Positions 1 through 8,207 of a DNA stretch of 27,746 nucleotides are shown piece after piece (the stretch's first letter is position 1; each line of letters starts with the position of its first letter). Below the pieces are notes generated by a model. That model was not told where the DNA came from. It saw nothing but the letters and a program-made list of their open reading frames with translations, and did not search any database. The DNA is from a virus (lineage: Duplodnaviria > Caudoviricetes). The position numbers and the translations under genes were made by a program. The DNA is taken from positions 1 through 27,746 of IMG/VR virus record IMGVR_UViG_3300037423_000201; one strand, given 5' to 3'.

Positions 1-1
1 T

Positions 2-121
2 GCCGCCAACCAGATGGCGAGCCAGAGCTTTGACATGCTGGCTGGGGACGGCGGCACAGTGTTCGACGCCACATCTGCCATGTTCGCGGCTGGCAAAGCA
101 GAAGCGGCATCGTTCGCCTGA
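2..121 (+). CDS. 3' end of a hypothetical protein, truncated by the window start
   Basis: Open frame from position 2 (AANQMASQSFDMLAGDGGTVFDATSAMFAAGKAEAASFA) ends at TGA 119-121, directly followed by the next ATG at 122. Not in the ORF track. Confidence 0.55.
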   Translation, partial: AANQMASQSFDMLAGDGGTVFDATSAMFAAGKAEAASFA

Positions 122-298
122 ATGCCAGAACCCCGCGCCATCACCGAAATAGCAGATCGGGAAACAGAGCTGTTCCTGACAGAGCAATCGCGCCAGTTCA
201 TCCAGTGCGGCGTGAACCTTGCTGCCCATTCCATGCCATTGCCTGCGGTGGTGAAGTTCCTGCGCGAACTGGCGGATCAGATCGAGGAATTCTGCTGA
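122..298 (+). CDS. hypothetical protein, 58 aa
   Basis: ATG 122 to TGA 296-298 (MPEPRAITEIADRETELFLTEQ...VVKFLRELADQIEEFC). Abuts the upstream stop and overlaps the next ATG (TGATG). Below the ORF-track length cutoff. Confidence 0.6.
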   Translation: MPEPRAITEIADRETELFLTEQSRQFIQCGVNLAAHSMPLPAVVKFLRELADQIEEFC

Positions 299-474
299 TG
301 GCCAAGCGCCCCTATTCTGCCAAGCAAGCCGCTAAGGGCCGCGATATCGGCAAGAAGGGCAAGGCCTTCGGCAAAATAGCCGAGACGGCAGCCAGGAAGT
401 ACGGATCGAAAGAAGCCGGGAATCGCGTAGCAGGCGCTATCCTGGCGAAACTGCGCAAGGCCGCCGCGAAGTAG
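298..474 (+). CDS. small basic Lys/Ala-rich phage protein, 58 aa
   Basis: ATG 298 in a TGATG overlap with GAGGA upstream; MAKRPYSAKQAAKGRDIGKKGKAFGKIAE...; very basic. Preferred to the track start at 205. Confidence 0.7.
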   Translation: MAKRPYSAKQAAKGRDIGKKGKAFGKIAETAARKYGSKEAGNRVAGAILAKLRKAAAK

Positions 475-506
475 GCATCTACCCACAATCTGAAAGGTGA
501 ACGCTC

Positions 507-860
507 ATGGCTGTGCCCTCTGGCGTGTCGAGAGACTCCGTTCGCGGCGTCGTTGAACTGCTGCCCGGCAATGAATTTGAGACCGTCGCCGCATCCCAGA
601 CTGATCAGGTGATGGGCGCAACCGGAGCGGCCGGCGATCTGCTGTCCAGCATTCTCGTTGTCCCGGCCACGACCTCTCCCGGCAATGTCCAGATCAAGGA
701 TGGCGGCGGCTCGGCCATCACGGTTTTTACCGGCGGTGCAACGAGCGTTGCCGATCTCAAGCCATTTTCCATCTGCCTCGGGCTTCGGTCCCTCTCGGGC
801 GCATGGAAGATAACGACCGGTGCGAACGTCTCGGCGATCGGCATCGGTGACTTCACGTAA
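507..860 (+). CDS. hypothetical beta-rich protein, possibly a virion component
   Basis: 117 aa, GAAAGG RBS, Gly/Ala/Thr/Val-rich, C/G-ending codon bias. Confidence 0.75.
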   Translation: MAVPSGVSRDSVRGVVELLPGNEFETVAASQTDQVMGATGAAGDLLSSILVVPATTSPGNVQIKDGGGSAITVFTGGATSVADLKPFSICLGLRSLSGAWKITTGANVSAIGIGDFT

Positions 861-891
861 CCCCAGCGGTCAAAGCAAAGGATAAACGCAA

Positions 892-1359
892 ATGACCACT
901 CAGCCCCGCGCCTTCAAATCCATCTTCGGCAAGCGCCTCGGCATCGGCGCCTATGGCCAAGTCACATCTCAGCAGCCCACTCAGGTCATCGACATCACGC
1001 CGAAGTGTGTCGATGCCTCGATCACGGTCGGCGCGGAATCGACCGACGTTCGCCAGATCACCATCCAGCTCAAGGACGCTCACGGCAACGCGATCGACTA
1101 CGCCGAAACCGTCGATATTGTCATGCTGCTCAACTCCGGTGGCACCGACTTCGTTGCAACCGGCGGCTCGACTGGCATTGCCATCGGCGCCTCGGGCAAG
1201 CTTTTGACCATCGTCGCCAAGAAGGTGTTCAAGGCCATCTCGACCACTTCCGGTGTTATCGCACTCACCTGGACGGATACAGGCACGGAAGCGGCGTTCC
1301 TCGGCCTCTATCTGCCGAACGGCACGCGCGTCATCTCGTCCACGCTGCAGAACGCGTAA
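892..1359 (+). CDS. hypothetical beta-rich (Ig-like?) protein, possibly a virion component
   Basis: 155 aa, AAAGGA RBS, strong codon bias; segment ITIQLKDAHGNAI resembles bacterial Ig-like (Big) strands. Confidence 0.75.
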   Translation: MTTQPRAFKSIFGKRLGIGAYGQVTSQQPTQVIDITPKCVDASITVGAESTDVRQITIQLKDAHGNAIDYAETVDIVMLLNSGGTDFVATGGSTGIAIGASGKLLTIVAKKVFKAISTTSGVIALTWTDTGTEAAFLGLYLPNGTRVISSTLQNA

Positions 1360-1381
1360 CGGGACAGCTTGGAGGCAAGCT

Positions 1382-1936
1382 TTGTCGAAAGGCGAACTGA
1401 CGCAAAAGCAGGAGGCGTTCTGTCTCGCATACGTTGAGACCGGGAACGCCTCCGAAGCCTATCGCAGATCGCATGATGTAGGCGCCGAGACTAAGCCCGA
1501 GAGCATTTGGCAGTCGGCGTCTCGCGTGATGGCTGATGTCAAGGTTCTCTCAAGGATTGCCGAACTGCGCGAAGCGGCAGCCGAGAGGGCAGAAATCACA
1601 CAGGAGCGGGTGCTTCGCGAGCTCAGCAAGATTGGCTTCGCCGACATCCGCAAGGCCGTCAAATGGGGCGAGGGGCTGGCTGTAGCCGATTCCGAATCCG
1701 GCGAGGTCCGTATTGCTAACGGTGTCGCGCTCATCGGCAGCGAAGACATTGACGACGACACTGCAGCCGCGATTGCCGAGGTTTCGCAGACGAAAGACGG
1801 GCTGAAGGTCAAGTTCCACGACAAGAAGGGCGCTCTCGTGGACATCGGTCGTCACCTCGGCATGTTCAAGGACGACAAGGATAAAGGCGGCGACATCCAT
1901 ATCCATTTCGATGAGCGCCTCAAAGGCGTTCTGTAG
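1382..1936 (+). CDS. terS: terminase small subunit
   Basis: N-terminal LTQKQEAFCLAYVETGNASEAYRRS HTH pattern, ITQERVLREL and KFHDKKGAL..IGRHLGMF typical of TerS; directly before TerL. Start reassigned to TTG 1382, with GGAGG at 1371-1375. Confidence 0.9.
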   Translation: MSKGELTQKQEAFCLAYVETGNASEAYRRSHDVGAETKPESIWQSASRVMADVKVLSRIAELREAAAERAEITQERVLRELSKIGFADIRKAVKWGEGLAVADSESGEVRIANGVALIGSEDIDDDTAAAIAEVSQTKDGLKVKFHDKKGALVDIGRHLGMFKDDKDKGGDIHIHFDERLKGVL

Positions 1937-3309
1937 TGCCGATCAAGCACACCAGAGATCAAACGAAGGCCATCGACCTTCTATCGTCCGATGCTCGATA
2001 CATAGAACTGCGCGGGGGCGCTCGTTCTGGCAAGACTGTTCTGTTCATTGAGAGCATCCTTACCCGCGCTCTCGCCGCAGACGGCAGCAGGCATCTCATA
2101 TCCCGCTTTAGGGGAAATGCCCTAAGCTCGATCTTCGGCCCAACCGGCACGTTCTTCTGGGTGCTCGATAATGGGTTCCCGCCAGAGGTCAGGCAGAGAA
2201 CGCGGCCCAACGTTCAGGCTGGCTACTACGTCCTGCCGAACGGAAGCGAAATCTGGTATGGTGGGCTGGATGATGAGAAGCGGGTGGATAAGCTTCTCGG
2301 CAATGAGTATGCGACGATCTATGTGAATGAAGCCTCACAGGTTCCATACGGCTCGTTCACGACGGTAATAACGCGCCTGGCGCAAGTAGTGGCCCGCAAT
2401 GATGGGCAAGGAGCACTTAGGCAGCGCGTCTATGTAGACGACAATCCGCCATCCGAGACACATTGGTTGCCTCTTCTGTTTCAGAGGAAGGTGGACCCTC
2501 AGTCGCGTAGGCCTCTCGCCAATCCCGGCGACTACGGCACGATGGTAATGAACCCCGAGGGCAACAGGGAGAACCTGGACCCCGCTTTCCTAGAAAGCCT
2601 CAAGAACCTTCCGGAGCGCCAACGTAAGCGCTTCTATGACGGCAAGAACGGTGATGCCGGCGAGGCGGCTCTATGGACTTCAGAGCTTCTCGATCAACAG
2701 CGCATTCTCGACGCAAGTAAGCTTCCGCAGTTCACACGAATCGTGGTGGCGGTGGACCCCAGCGGTGCCGATGATGTTGAAGACACTGATGCCGACGAGA
2801 TCGGGATTGGTGTTGCTGCATTAGGGACTGACGGCAACGCGTACATTCTTGAAGATCTGACTATGCGTGGCAGCCCCAAGGAGTGGGGAGATACGGCAAC
2901 GTCAGCCTACGACCGACATGCCGCCAACTGCATAGTCGGGGAAGGCAATTTTGGCGGGGCGATGGTTCGCCACGTCATCCAAACGGCGAAGCCGGGCGTT
3001 CCGTACAAGGAAGTCACCGCCAGCCGAGGAAAGCACATTCGGGCCGAGCCGGTCTCTGCGCTGTTCGAGCAGCGCAAGGTTTGGTTGGTTGGTCGTTTCC
3101 CCGACCTTGAAGACGAAATGACCGCGATGACGACGGCTGGCTACACTGGCTCTAAGTCACCAAATCGCGTTGACTGGATGGTTTGGGCGATTACCGAACT
3201 GTTCCCATCGATCATCAGGCAGGCAAAGCAGAACGATGGTGGCATCAGTGGCCGCCGCGCTCCTGTGGTCAGCCTTGGATATTCGAAACTGAAGAAACGG
3301 AGAGCCTAA
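1936..3309 (+). CDS. terL: terminase large subunit
   Basis: GTG start overlapping the TerS stop. Walker A GGARSGKT (2014-2037), Walker B IYVNE, coupling motif DDNP, RNase H-like nuclease motifs IVVAVDPS, GEGNFGG and SPNRVD. Confidence 0.93.
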   Translation: MPIKHTRDQTKAIDLLSSDARYIELRGGARSGKTVLFIESILTRALAADGSRHLISRFRGNALSSIFGPTGTFFWVLDNGFPPEVRQRTRPNVQAGYYVLPNGSEIWYGGLDDEKRVDKLLGNEYATIYVNEASQVPYGSFTTVITRLAQVVARNDGQGALRQRVYVDDNPPSETHWLPLLFQRKVDPQSRRPLANPGDYGTMVMNPEGNRENLDPAFLESLKNLPERQRKRFYDGKNGDAGEAALWTSELLDQQRILDASKLPQFTRIVVAVDPSGADDVEDTDADEIGIGVAALGTDGNAYILEDLTMRGSPKEWGDTATSAYDRHAANCIVGEGNFGGAMVRHVIQTAKPGVPYKEVTASRGKHIRAEPVSALFEQRKVWLVGRFPDLEDEMTAMTTAGYTGSKSPNRVDWMVWAITELFPSIIRQAKQNDGGISGRRAPVVSLGYSKLKKRRA

Positions 3310-3518
3310 TGAGCGGCTTGTTTGGCAAGGCTCCTAAGCCTGCAGATCCTACCCCGATGCCCGTTCCTGACGATGCGGCGGCCAAGGCGGCCGATCTTCG
3401 CCAGCGCCAGCAGATTGCATCCCGCTCGGGCCGCGCATCCACCATGCTGTCACGCAACAATGGCGGCTCGGCGGGCACGTCGGCGTATGGAAATAGCCTC
3501 TTGGGCCAGGCCGGCTGA
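3309..3518 (+). CDS. small pre-portal virion protein (position of T7 gp7.3-like proteins), 69 aa
   Basis: ATG 3309 in a TAATG overlap; MSGLFGKAPKPADPTPMP...SGRASTMLS...SLLG; Pro-rich then basic; directly upstream of the portal. Confidence 0.7.
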   Translation: MSGLFGKAPKPADPTPMPVPDDAAAKAADLRQRQQIASRSGRASTMLSRNNGGSAGTSAYGNSLLGQAG

Positions 3519-3523
3519 CCTGA

Positions 3524-5182
3524 ATGGATAGCCGCGCCAAGGAGCTTGTTTCCATCGGGGATAAGCTCTTCGCCAAGAAGCAGCAGTGGGACAGCCTCAA
3601 TCAAGAGGTTGCCACCTACATCTATCCTATGCGCGCGGACTTCACGCAGACGTTCTCGCTTGGGGATGACTTCTCCGAAGACCTGATGGATTCCTTCCAG
3701 GTCCAGGCGCGGGAGACGCTCGGCAACACCATTGGGGCGCTGCTTCGTCAAGGCGAATGGTTCGCGGTCAAGACCGGCCTCGATGAGGTTGACGAAGACC
3801 CGACCAATGCGCGCTGGCTTGAGTACGCGACCAACCATTTCCGCCGGCTGGTCTATGATCGCAGGGCGAATTTCGTCCGCTCGACCAATGAAGCGGATCA
3901 TGACTGGGTGGCGTTCGGCAATCCTGTCCTATCGGTGGAAGAAAGCCCGGATCGCACCCACTTCCTGTTTCGGACCTGGCACCCGAAGGAATGCGCATGG
4001 ATGCTGAACCAGGTCGGCAAGATCGACCACGTTCAGCGCCACATGCCGATGACGGCGCGGAACCTGAAACTGCGCTGGCCGAAGACCATCCACCAGGACA
4101 TTATCCAGGCGGCACAGAAAGACCCGGCGAAGGAATTCAAGGTTCGTCATATCGTCCTGCCGTTCGATGAGATTTACGGCGACGACAAGACCAAGCGGCG
4201 CCAGTACAAGGATAACCCGTTCTGCTCGCTCTACATCGACTGCGAGCATCAGGAAGTGTTGGGCGAAGGCCCGCTTCCGGTCTTCAACTACATCATCCCG
4301 CGCTGGCGCACGGTGTCGAGCTTCCCGCAAGGCTTCAGCCCGGCTGCAATCAACTCGCTGCCCGATGTGCGCATGCTTCAGTCCCTGGCCCGCATCCTTC
4401 TGGAGCAGGGCGAGAAGGCGGTTGACGCGCCGATGTTCGCACGGGGAGAAATCTTCCGAGACTCGGTGAACCGTTATGCCGGCGGCATGACGTACGTTGA
4501 CCTTGAGGCTGACCAGAAGATCCAGGACGCCATCTTCACCGAACCTGCTTCAAGTGGCCTGAGCTTCGGCATGGAGATGAAGCAGGACGTGCGCAACCTC
4601 ATTGCGGAAGCGTTCCTGCTCAACAAAATCATGCTGCCGCCGCAGCAGAAGACGGCTTTCGAGACGCAGGCGAGGCTTGAGGAATATCGCCGGGCCATCC
4701 TGCCGTTCACCGGGCCGATAGAGAGTGAATATCATCTGCCGCTGCTCGATGCAGCATTCCAGATGGCAGTCAGGAACAACGCCTTCAATATCGATGAGAT
4801 GCCCAAGGCGCTGAGCGACAAGGACGTTACCTTCACCTTCGAAGGCCCGCTCAACACGGCGGAGGGCAGGCAGAATGTGCAGGCCTTCCAAGAATCGATC
4901 CAGATCGTTGCTGGCGCTGCCCAGATCGACAAGACGGTTGCAACCCTCATCGACTGGCAGAAAGCTACCAAGGACGCCGTACGCGGCACGCAGGCGCCGG
5001 CAGACTGGTTCAATGATGAACAGACGCAGCAGGATGCGGCTGACCAACAAAATACTATCGACGGGCTTACGCAGGCTGCCGCAGCGCTACAGGGTGGGGC
5101 AGAGGTGGGTAAGAGCGTCGCCGATGCTTCGGTCGCCCTCCAGCAGGCGGGCATGATCCAGCAGCCAGCGGTGGCCGCGTGA
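3524..5182 (+). CDS. portal protein (T7/BPP-1-type head-tail connector)
   Basis: 552 aa after the terminase; pattern of W..L...I.P near the N-terminus, D..AFG, YIIPRW....GFSPA...LPDVRMLQ and TAFET.AR..E matches T7-type portals. Confidence 0.88.
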   Translation: MDSRAKELVSIGDKLFAKKQQWDSLNQEVATYIYPMRADFTQTFSLGDDFSEDLMDSFQVQARETLGNTIGALLRQGEWFAVKTGLDEVDEDPTNARWLEYATNHFRRLVYDRRANFVRSTNEADHDWVAFGNPVLSVEESPDRTHFLFRTWHPKECAWMLNQVGKIDHVQRHMPMTARNLKLRWPKTIHQDIIQAAQKDPAKEFKVRHIVLPFDEIYGDDKTKRRQYKDNPFCSLYIDCEHQEVLGEGPLPVFNYIIPRWRTVSSFPQGFSPAAINSLPDVRMLQSLARILLEQGEKAVDAPMFARGEIFRDSVNRYAGGMTYVDLEADQKIQDAIFTEPASSGLSFGMEMKQDVRNLIAEAFLLNKIMLPPQQKTAFETQARLEEYRRAILPFTGPIESEYHLPLLDAAFQMAVRNNAFNIDEMPKALSDKDVTFTFEGPLNTAEGRQNVQAFQESIQIVAGAAQIDKTVATLIDWQKATKDAVRGTQAPADWFNDEQTQQDAADQQNTIDGLTQAAAALQGGAEVGKSVADASVALQQAGMIQQPAVAA

Positions 5183-5241
5183 GCCACGTGGAAGTCTTCA
5201 GGCGTGAAGCCCTGAACGTCTACATGCAAACTTGGGCAGAG

Positions 5242-5373
5242 ATGCCGCACGCCAAGAAGCTGCTCATTGCTCTTGTCCTGCTCTCGGGGTGCACAACGCA
5301 AGCGCCGGATTTGTCACGTGAAACATCGATCGGCATCACGGAGCTTTTGAAGCACGATCTGAAACACCCATAG
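5242..5373 (+). CDS. small putative lipoprotein
   Basis: MPHAKKLLIALVLLSG-C: basic n-region, hydrophobic h-region and LSGC lipobox. Start uncertain: in-frame GTG 5179 (overlapping the portal stop) and ATG 5224 also exist. Confidence 0.5.
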   Translation: MPHAKKLLIALVLLSGCTTQAPDLSRETSIGITELLKHDLKHP

Positions 5374-5382
5374 GAGGCAACT

Positions 5383-5664
5383 ATGGCAATTGGTAAGGTG
5401 AAAGTTGGCGAGTCTCACGAACGGCTCATGTTCGCCATCGGCGAGACGATCCGCATCCACACCTCGCAATCCCCAATGAGCGTTGAGGCCATCGCTGGAG
5501 TGTTGGCGTTCTGTGCCGGCGCTGCCATCGGTCGAGGGTGCAAGGGACGCAACGAGCGCCGGCAGTTTCGCGAAATGGCCGTTGCCAACATCGACTTCGG
5601 CTTGGAAGCGATGGTCTCCAGCATGGCCAATACGAGCCTTATCCTGCCGGATGGCTTCCAATGA
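5383..5664 (+). CDS. hypothetical protein, 93 aa
   Basis: Strong AGGAGG RBS; ATGA overlap with the next ORF. Confidence 0.75.
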   Translation: MAIGKVKVGESHERLMFAIGETIRIHTSQSPMSVEAIAGVLAFCAGAAIGRGCKGRNERRQFREMAVANIDFGLEAMVSSMANTSLILPDGFQ

Positions 5665-5897
5665 TCGGCTTTGGCTGTCGTTGGTTCGCCATCGATATTG
5701 GGTATAGCCCGAAGTGGGACGAGACCGGCATCTGGGTTTATGGGCCAGTCCGCAAGCAAAGAGGACGATGCGGCGCGCTCCGCTGGGAATGGTCCTTTCG
5801 GTTTTGTTACTACGACATAGACCGTAAGCGGGTTTGGCGGCATCGACCAGCTGAATTCCCGTTTAGGGGCTCTCGGCGCGTAAGGTTCCTAGACTGA
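5661..5897 (+). CDS. hypothetical Trp/Arg-rich protein, 78 aa
   Basis: ATG 5661 overlaps the upstream TGA and its own TGA overlaps ATG 5897, filling the gap exactly. Preferred to the track start at 5538. Confidence 0.55.
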   Translation: MIGFGCRWFAIDIGYSPKWDETGIWVYGPVRKQRGRCGALRWEWSFRFCYYDIDRKRVWRHRPAEFPFRGSRRVRFLD

Positions 5898-6196
5898 TGG
5901 AAGCCCACGCTCCGGCTCCTTACGACAAGGACATCCTCATGGCGGTGCGCGCCTGCATCGCCGGCAAGGCCAATGAGGGCCAGCAGCAGACGGCTATGGA
6001 CTGGATCATCAACCAGGCCAGCAACTACTACGACCTGAGCTATCGCAAGCAGGACAGCCACGCCACGGCCTTCGCCGAGGGCAGGCGGTTCGTCGGCGCC
6101 CAGATCGTGAAAATGCTTCGTGCGGAAACCCTTAAAGCAGTCGAGGGCAAGCCGCCGAAACCAGTTCGAGGCAAGAGGCAAGAGGCACAGGAATGA
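5897..6196 (+). CDS. Bbp19-like phage head-module protein
   Basis: Motif HATAFAEGRRFVGAQI matches the TAF.EG.R.VG..I signature of small proteins found between portal and scaffold in BPP-1-like phages. Confidence 0.75.
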   Translation: MEAHAPAPYDKDILMAVRACIAGKANEGQQQTAMDWIINQASNYYDLSYRKQDSHATAFAEGRRFVGAQIVKMLRAETLKAVEGKPPKPVRGKRQEAQE

Positions 6197-7131
6197 GCGA
6201 GGCAGCAGCGGTCGAGAAGGCCGCCGAGACGACTTCGGCTGAGACTACCGCCGAAACGACCACGCAGACGACCACGGCGGCCGCTACAGAGGCGGCGAAG
6301 ACTTCGGAAGCAGCAAACACCGCTGCGACCGAAACATCGTCTGGCGAGGCTGAGAAGACCGAAGCCAAGTCTCCCTGGGGCGACAACTGGCGTGAGGAAA
6401 TGGCAGGCGGTGATGATGATGTTGCCAAGGCCATCTCCCGCTATGGTTCGCCCAAGGGCGTCGCTCGTGCTCTGCGTGAGGCACAGGTTGCCATACGCTC
6501 CGGCCAGCAACGGCTTCCCAAGCCTGATCCCAAAGACGAAAAGGCCATGGCCGAATGGCGCAAGGCCGAGGGCATCCCCGATGATCCGACCGGCTACAAG
6601 CTGCCGGAGACTGTCACCAAGCGCCTGACCGATGAAGACAAGCCGGTCCTGTCGTCCTTTACCGAGTTCGCTCACCAGAAGGGCGCGCGGCCCGATGTCG
6701 TGGAAATCGCGTCGGAATGGTACGTCGAGATGGCTGAGGCAGCTCAGGCCAAGCAGATCGAAGAGGACAAGGTAGCCTCTGAGCAAGCCGAAGACGCGCT
6801 GCGCAAGGACTGGGCACACGGCGAGTACAAGGCCAACACTACGATTGCCCGGCGCTTCATCGAAGGCATTCCTGGCGTGGGCGCCAAATGGGCAGAGGCC
6901 CGCATCGACGGCAAGCGGCTCGGCGATATTCCGGAGTTCATCTCTTGGGCCGCCGATATGGGCCGCGAGAAATTCGGCGATGTTGCCTTCACCAGCAGCG
7001 ATTCCGAGCGCAAGCACACAGCGCGCATGGAGGAGATCAAGAAAATCATCGGGACCGACGAATATTACGAAAAGGGTCTCGACAAGGAATACGCGGCGCT
7101 TCTCGAAAAGGAACTGAAGCGCAAGAAATAG
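6193..7131 (+). CDS. capsid scaffolding/assembly protein
   Basis: 312 aa, low-complexity A/E/T N-terminus, acidic helical body, G.PDDP.GY.LP and LRKDW motifs, basic C-terminus; directly before the capsid gene. Confidence 0.8.
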   Translation: MSEAAAVEKAAETTSAETTAETTTQTTTAAATEAAKTSEAANTAATETSSGEAEKTEAKSPWGDNWREEMAGGDDDVAKAISRYGSPKGVARALREAQVAIRSGQQRLPKPDPKDEKAMAEWRKAEGIPDDPTGYKLPETVTKRLTDEDKPVLSSFTEFAHQKGARPDVVEIASEWYVEMAEAAQAKQIEEDKVASEQAEDALRKDWAHGEYKANTTIARRFIEGIPGVGAKWAEARIDGKRLGDIPEFISWAADMGREKFGDVAFTSSDSERKHTARMEEIKKIIGTDEYYEKGLDKEYAALLEKELKRKK

Positions 7132-7161
7132 GAATTCCCTGATCTCTGTCAGCGGATAGCA

Positions 7162-7183
7162 GCTCGCTTCGGCGGGCCTTTTT
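7162..7183 (+). terminator. intrinsic terminator after the scaffold gene
   Basis: GCTCGC-TTCG-GCGGGC stem with a cUUCGg tetraloop, followed by C-TTTTT. Confidence 0.75.
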
Positions 7184-7184
7184 A

Positions 7185-7310
7185 TTGCCTGCTCGGCCAC
7201 CCCGGCAACGGCCCCGAGACGGCAAGTCTACTGCCTATGACGTGAAGCCCCGAAAGTTGACCGGCCACCCCTCGCAAGAGGCCCCGGAACGCCTTCGGCC
7301 ACCCTGCACG
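7185..7310 (+). ncRNA. putative structured RNA (capsid-gene leader or small RNA) with three CCACC/CC internal loops
   Basis: Three copies of 5'-CGG CCACC C-3' / 5'-G CC CCG-3' closed by different but complementary helices; two GCAA tetraloops. Pairing worked out by hand. Confidence 0.7.
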
Positions 7311-7352
7311 GACAGCGGCTCCAAAACCCCTCAACCCTGAAAGGAACTGATC

Positions 7353-8195
7353 ATGGCTATCGAAGCCGCAATGATTCAGTATCGGCAGGAGTTCGTCGGG
7401 GCTTTCGAGCAGCGCGTGAGCCTGCTCAAGGCCATGACGACCAAGGAAGCGGTGATCAAGGGCAACCAGGCCACCTTCCTTGTTTCCGGCTCCGGTACTG
7501 ATACCGCAGTCACCCGTGGGACCAACGGCCAGATCCCGTATGGCAACCCCACCAACAACCAGGTCACCGCGACGCTTGTTGAAAAGCATGCGCCGTATGA
7601 ACTGACCGGGTTCAACATCTTCGCCTCGCAGGGCGACCAGAAGCGCGTCATGCAGAATGCGTCGATGGCGGTCATCAACCGCGACATCGATCTCACGCTG
7701 CTTGCCGAGCTGGCTAACGCTACCCAGGACTATCCGTCTTCGGCGCAGACCGCGTCGCTGCAGATGGTCGCTGGCGCCCAAGCCATTCTGGGCAACGCGG
7801 ATATTCCGGTGGAAGACGAGAACAACATGTTCGCGATCATTTCTCCGGCGTTCCGCGGCTATCTGCTCCAGACCACGGAATTCGCCTCGGGCGATTACGT
7901 GGACGTGAAGCCGTTCGGCGGCCCTGCTCGCAAGATGTTCCGTTGGATGGGCATCAACTGGGCTGTGTCCAGCCGCGTCACCGGCCTCGGCACTTCGTCG
8001 GAGCTTTGCTACCTGTTCCATCGTGACGCCATCGGCTACGCGGTGAACGTTGGCGAAGAGTCGATCGCCATCGGCTACGACGAGAAGCAGGACACGTCCT
8101 GGTCGCGCGCCACCGTCTTCCACGGAGCAAAAATCCTCCAGAACACCGGCATCGTGAAGTGGACTCACGACGGCTCGGCGTTCGTTGCTACGTAA
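7353..8195 (+). CDS. major capsid protein
   Basis: 280 aa after the scaffold; GAAAGGA RBS; strong codon bias; A..INR.ID, F.WMG..W and FHRDAIG segments typical of BPP-1/T7-like HK97-fold capsids. Confidence 0.85.
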   Translation: MAIEAAMIQYRQEFVGAFEQRVSLLKAMTTKEAVIKGNQATFLVSGSGTDTAVTRGTNGQIPYGNPTNNQVTATLVEKHAPYELTGFNIFASQGDQKRVMQNASMAVINRDIDLTLLAELANATQDYPSSAQTASLQMVAGAQAILGNADIPVEDENNMFAIISPAFRGYLLQTTEFASGDYVDVKPFGGPARKMFRWMGINWAVSSRVTGLGTSSELCYLFHRDAIGYAVNVGEESIAIGYDEKQDTSWSRATVFHGAKILQNTGIVKWTHDGSAFVAT

Positions 8196-8207
8196 GGAGA
8201 ACGGACA

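Noticed and set aside
1253-1381. ORF-track N-terminal extension of TerS, and similar extensions at 205, 3183, 5538, 25120, 25394 and 24587
   Set aside because: They overlap neighbouring genes, lack RBSs and read as non-protein-like; downstream starts with RBS or stop-start overlap fit better.
6205-6345. Short imperfect repeats encoding AETT/TAA in the scaffold N-terminus
   Set aside because: Ordinary low-complexity disordered region typical of scaffolding proteins.
7192-7304. CGGCCACCC repeats as a CRISPR array or simple DNA operator repeats
   Set aside because: Only 9 bp, three copies, irregular spacing and no cas genes; complementary partner strands explain them better as RNA structure.
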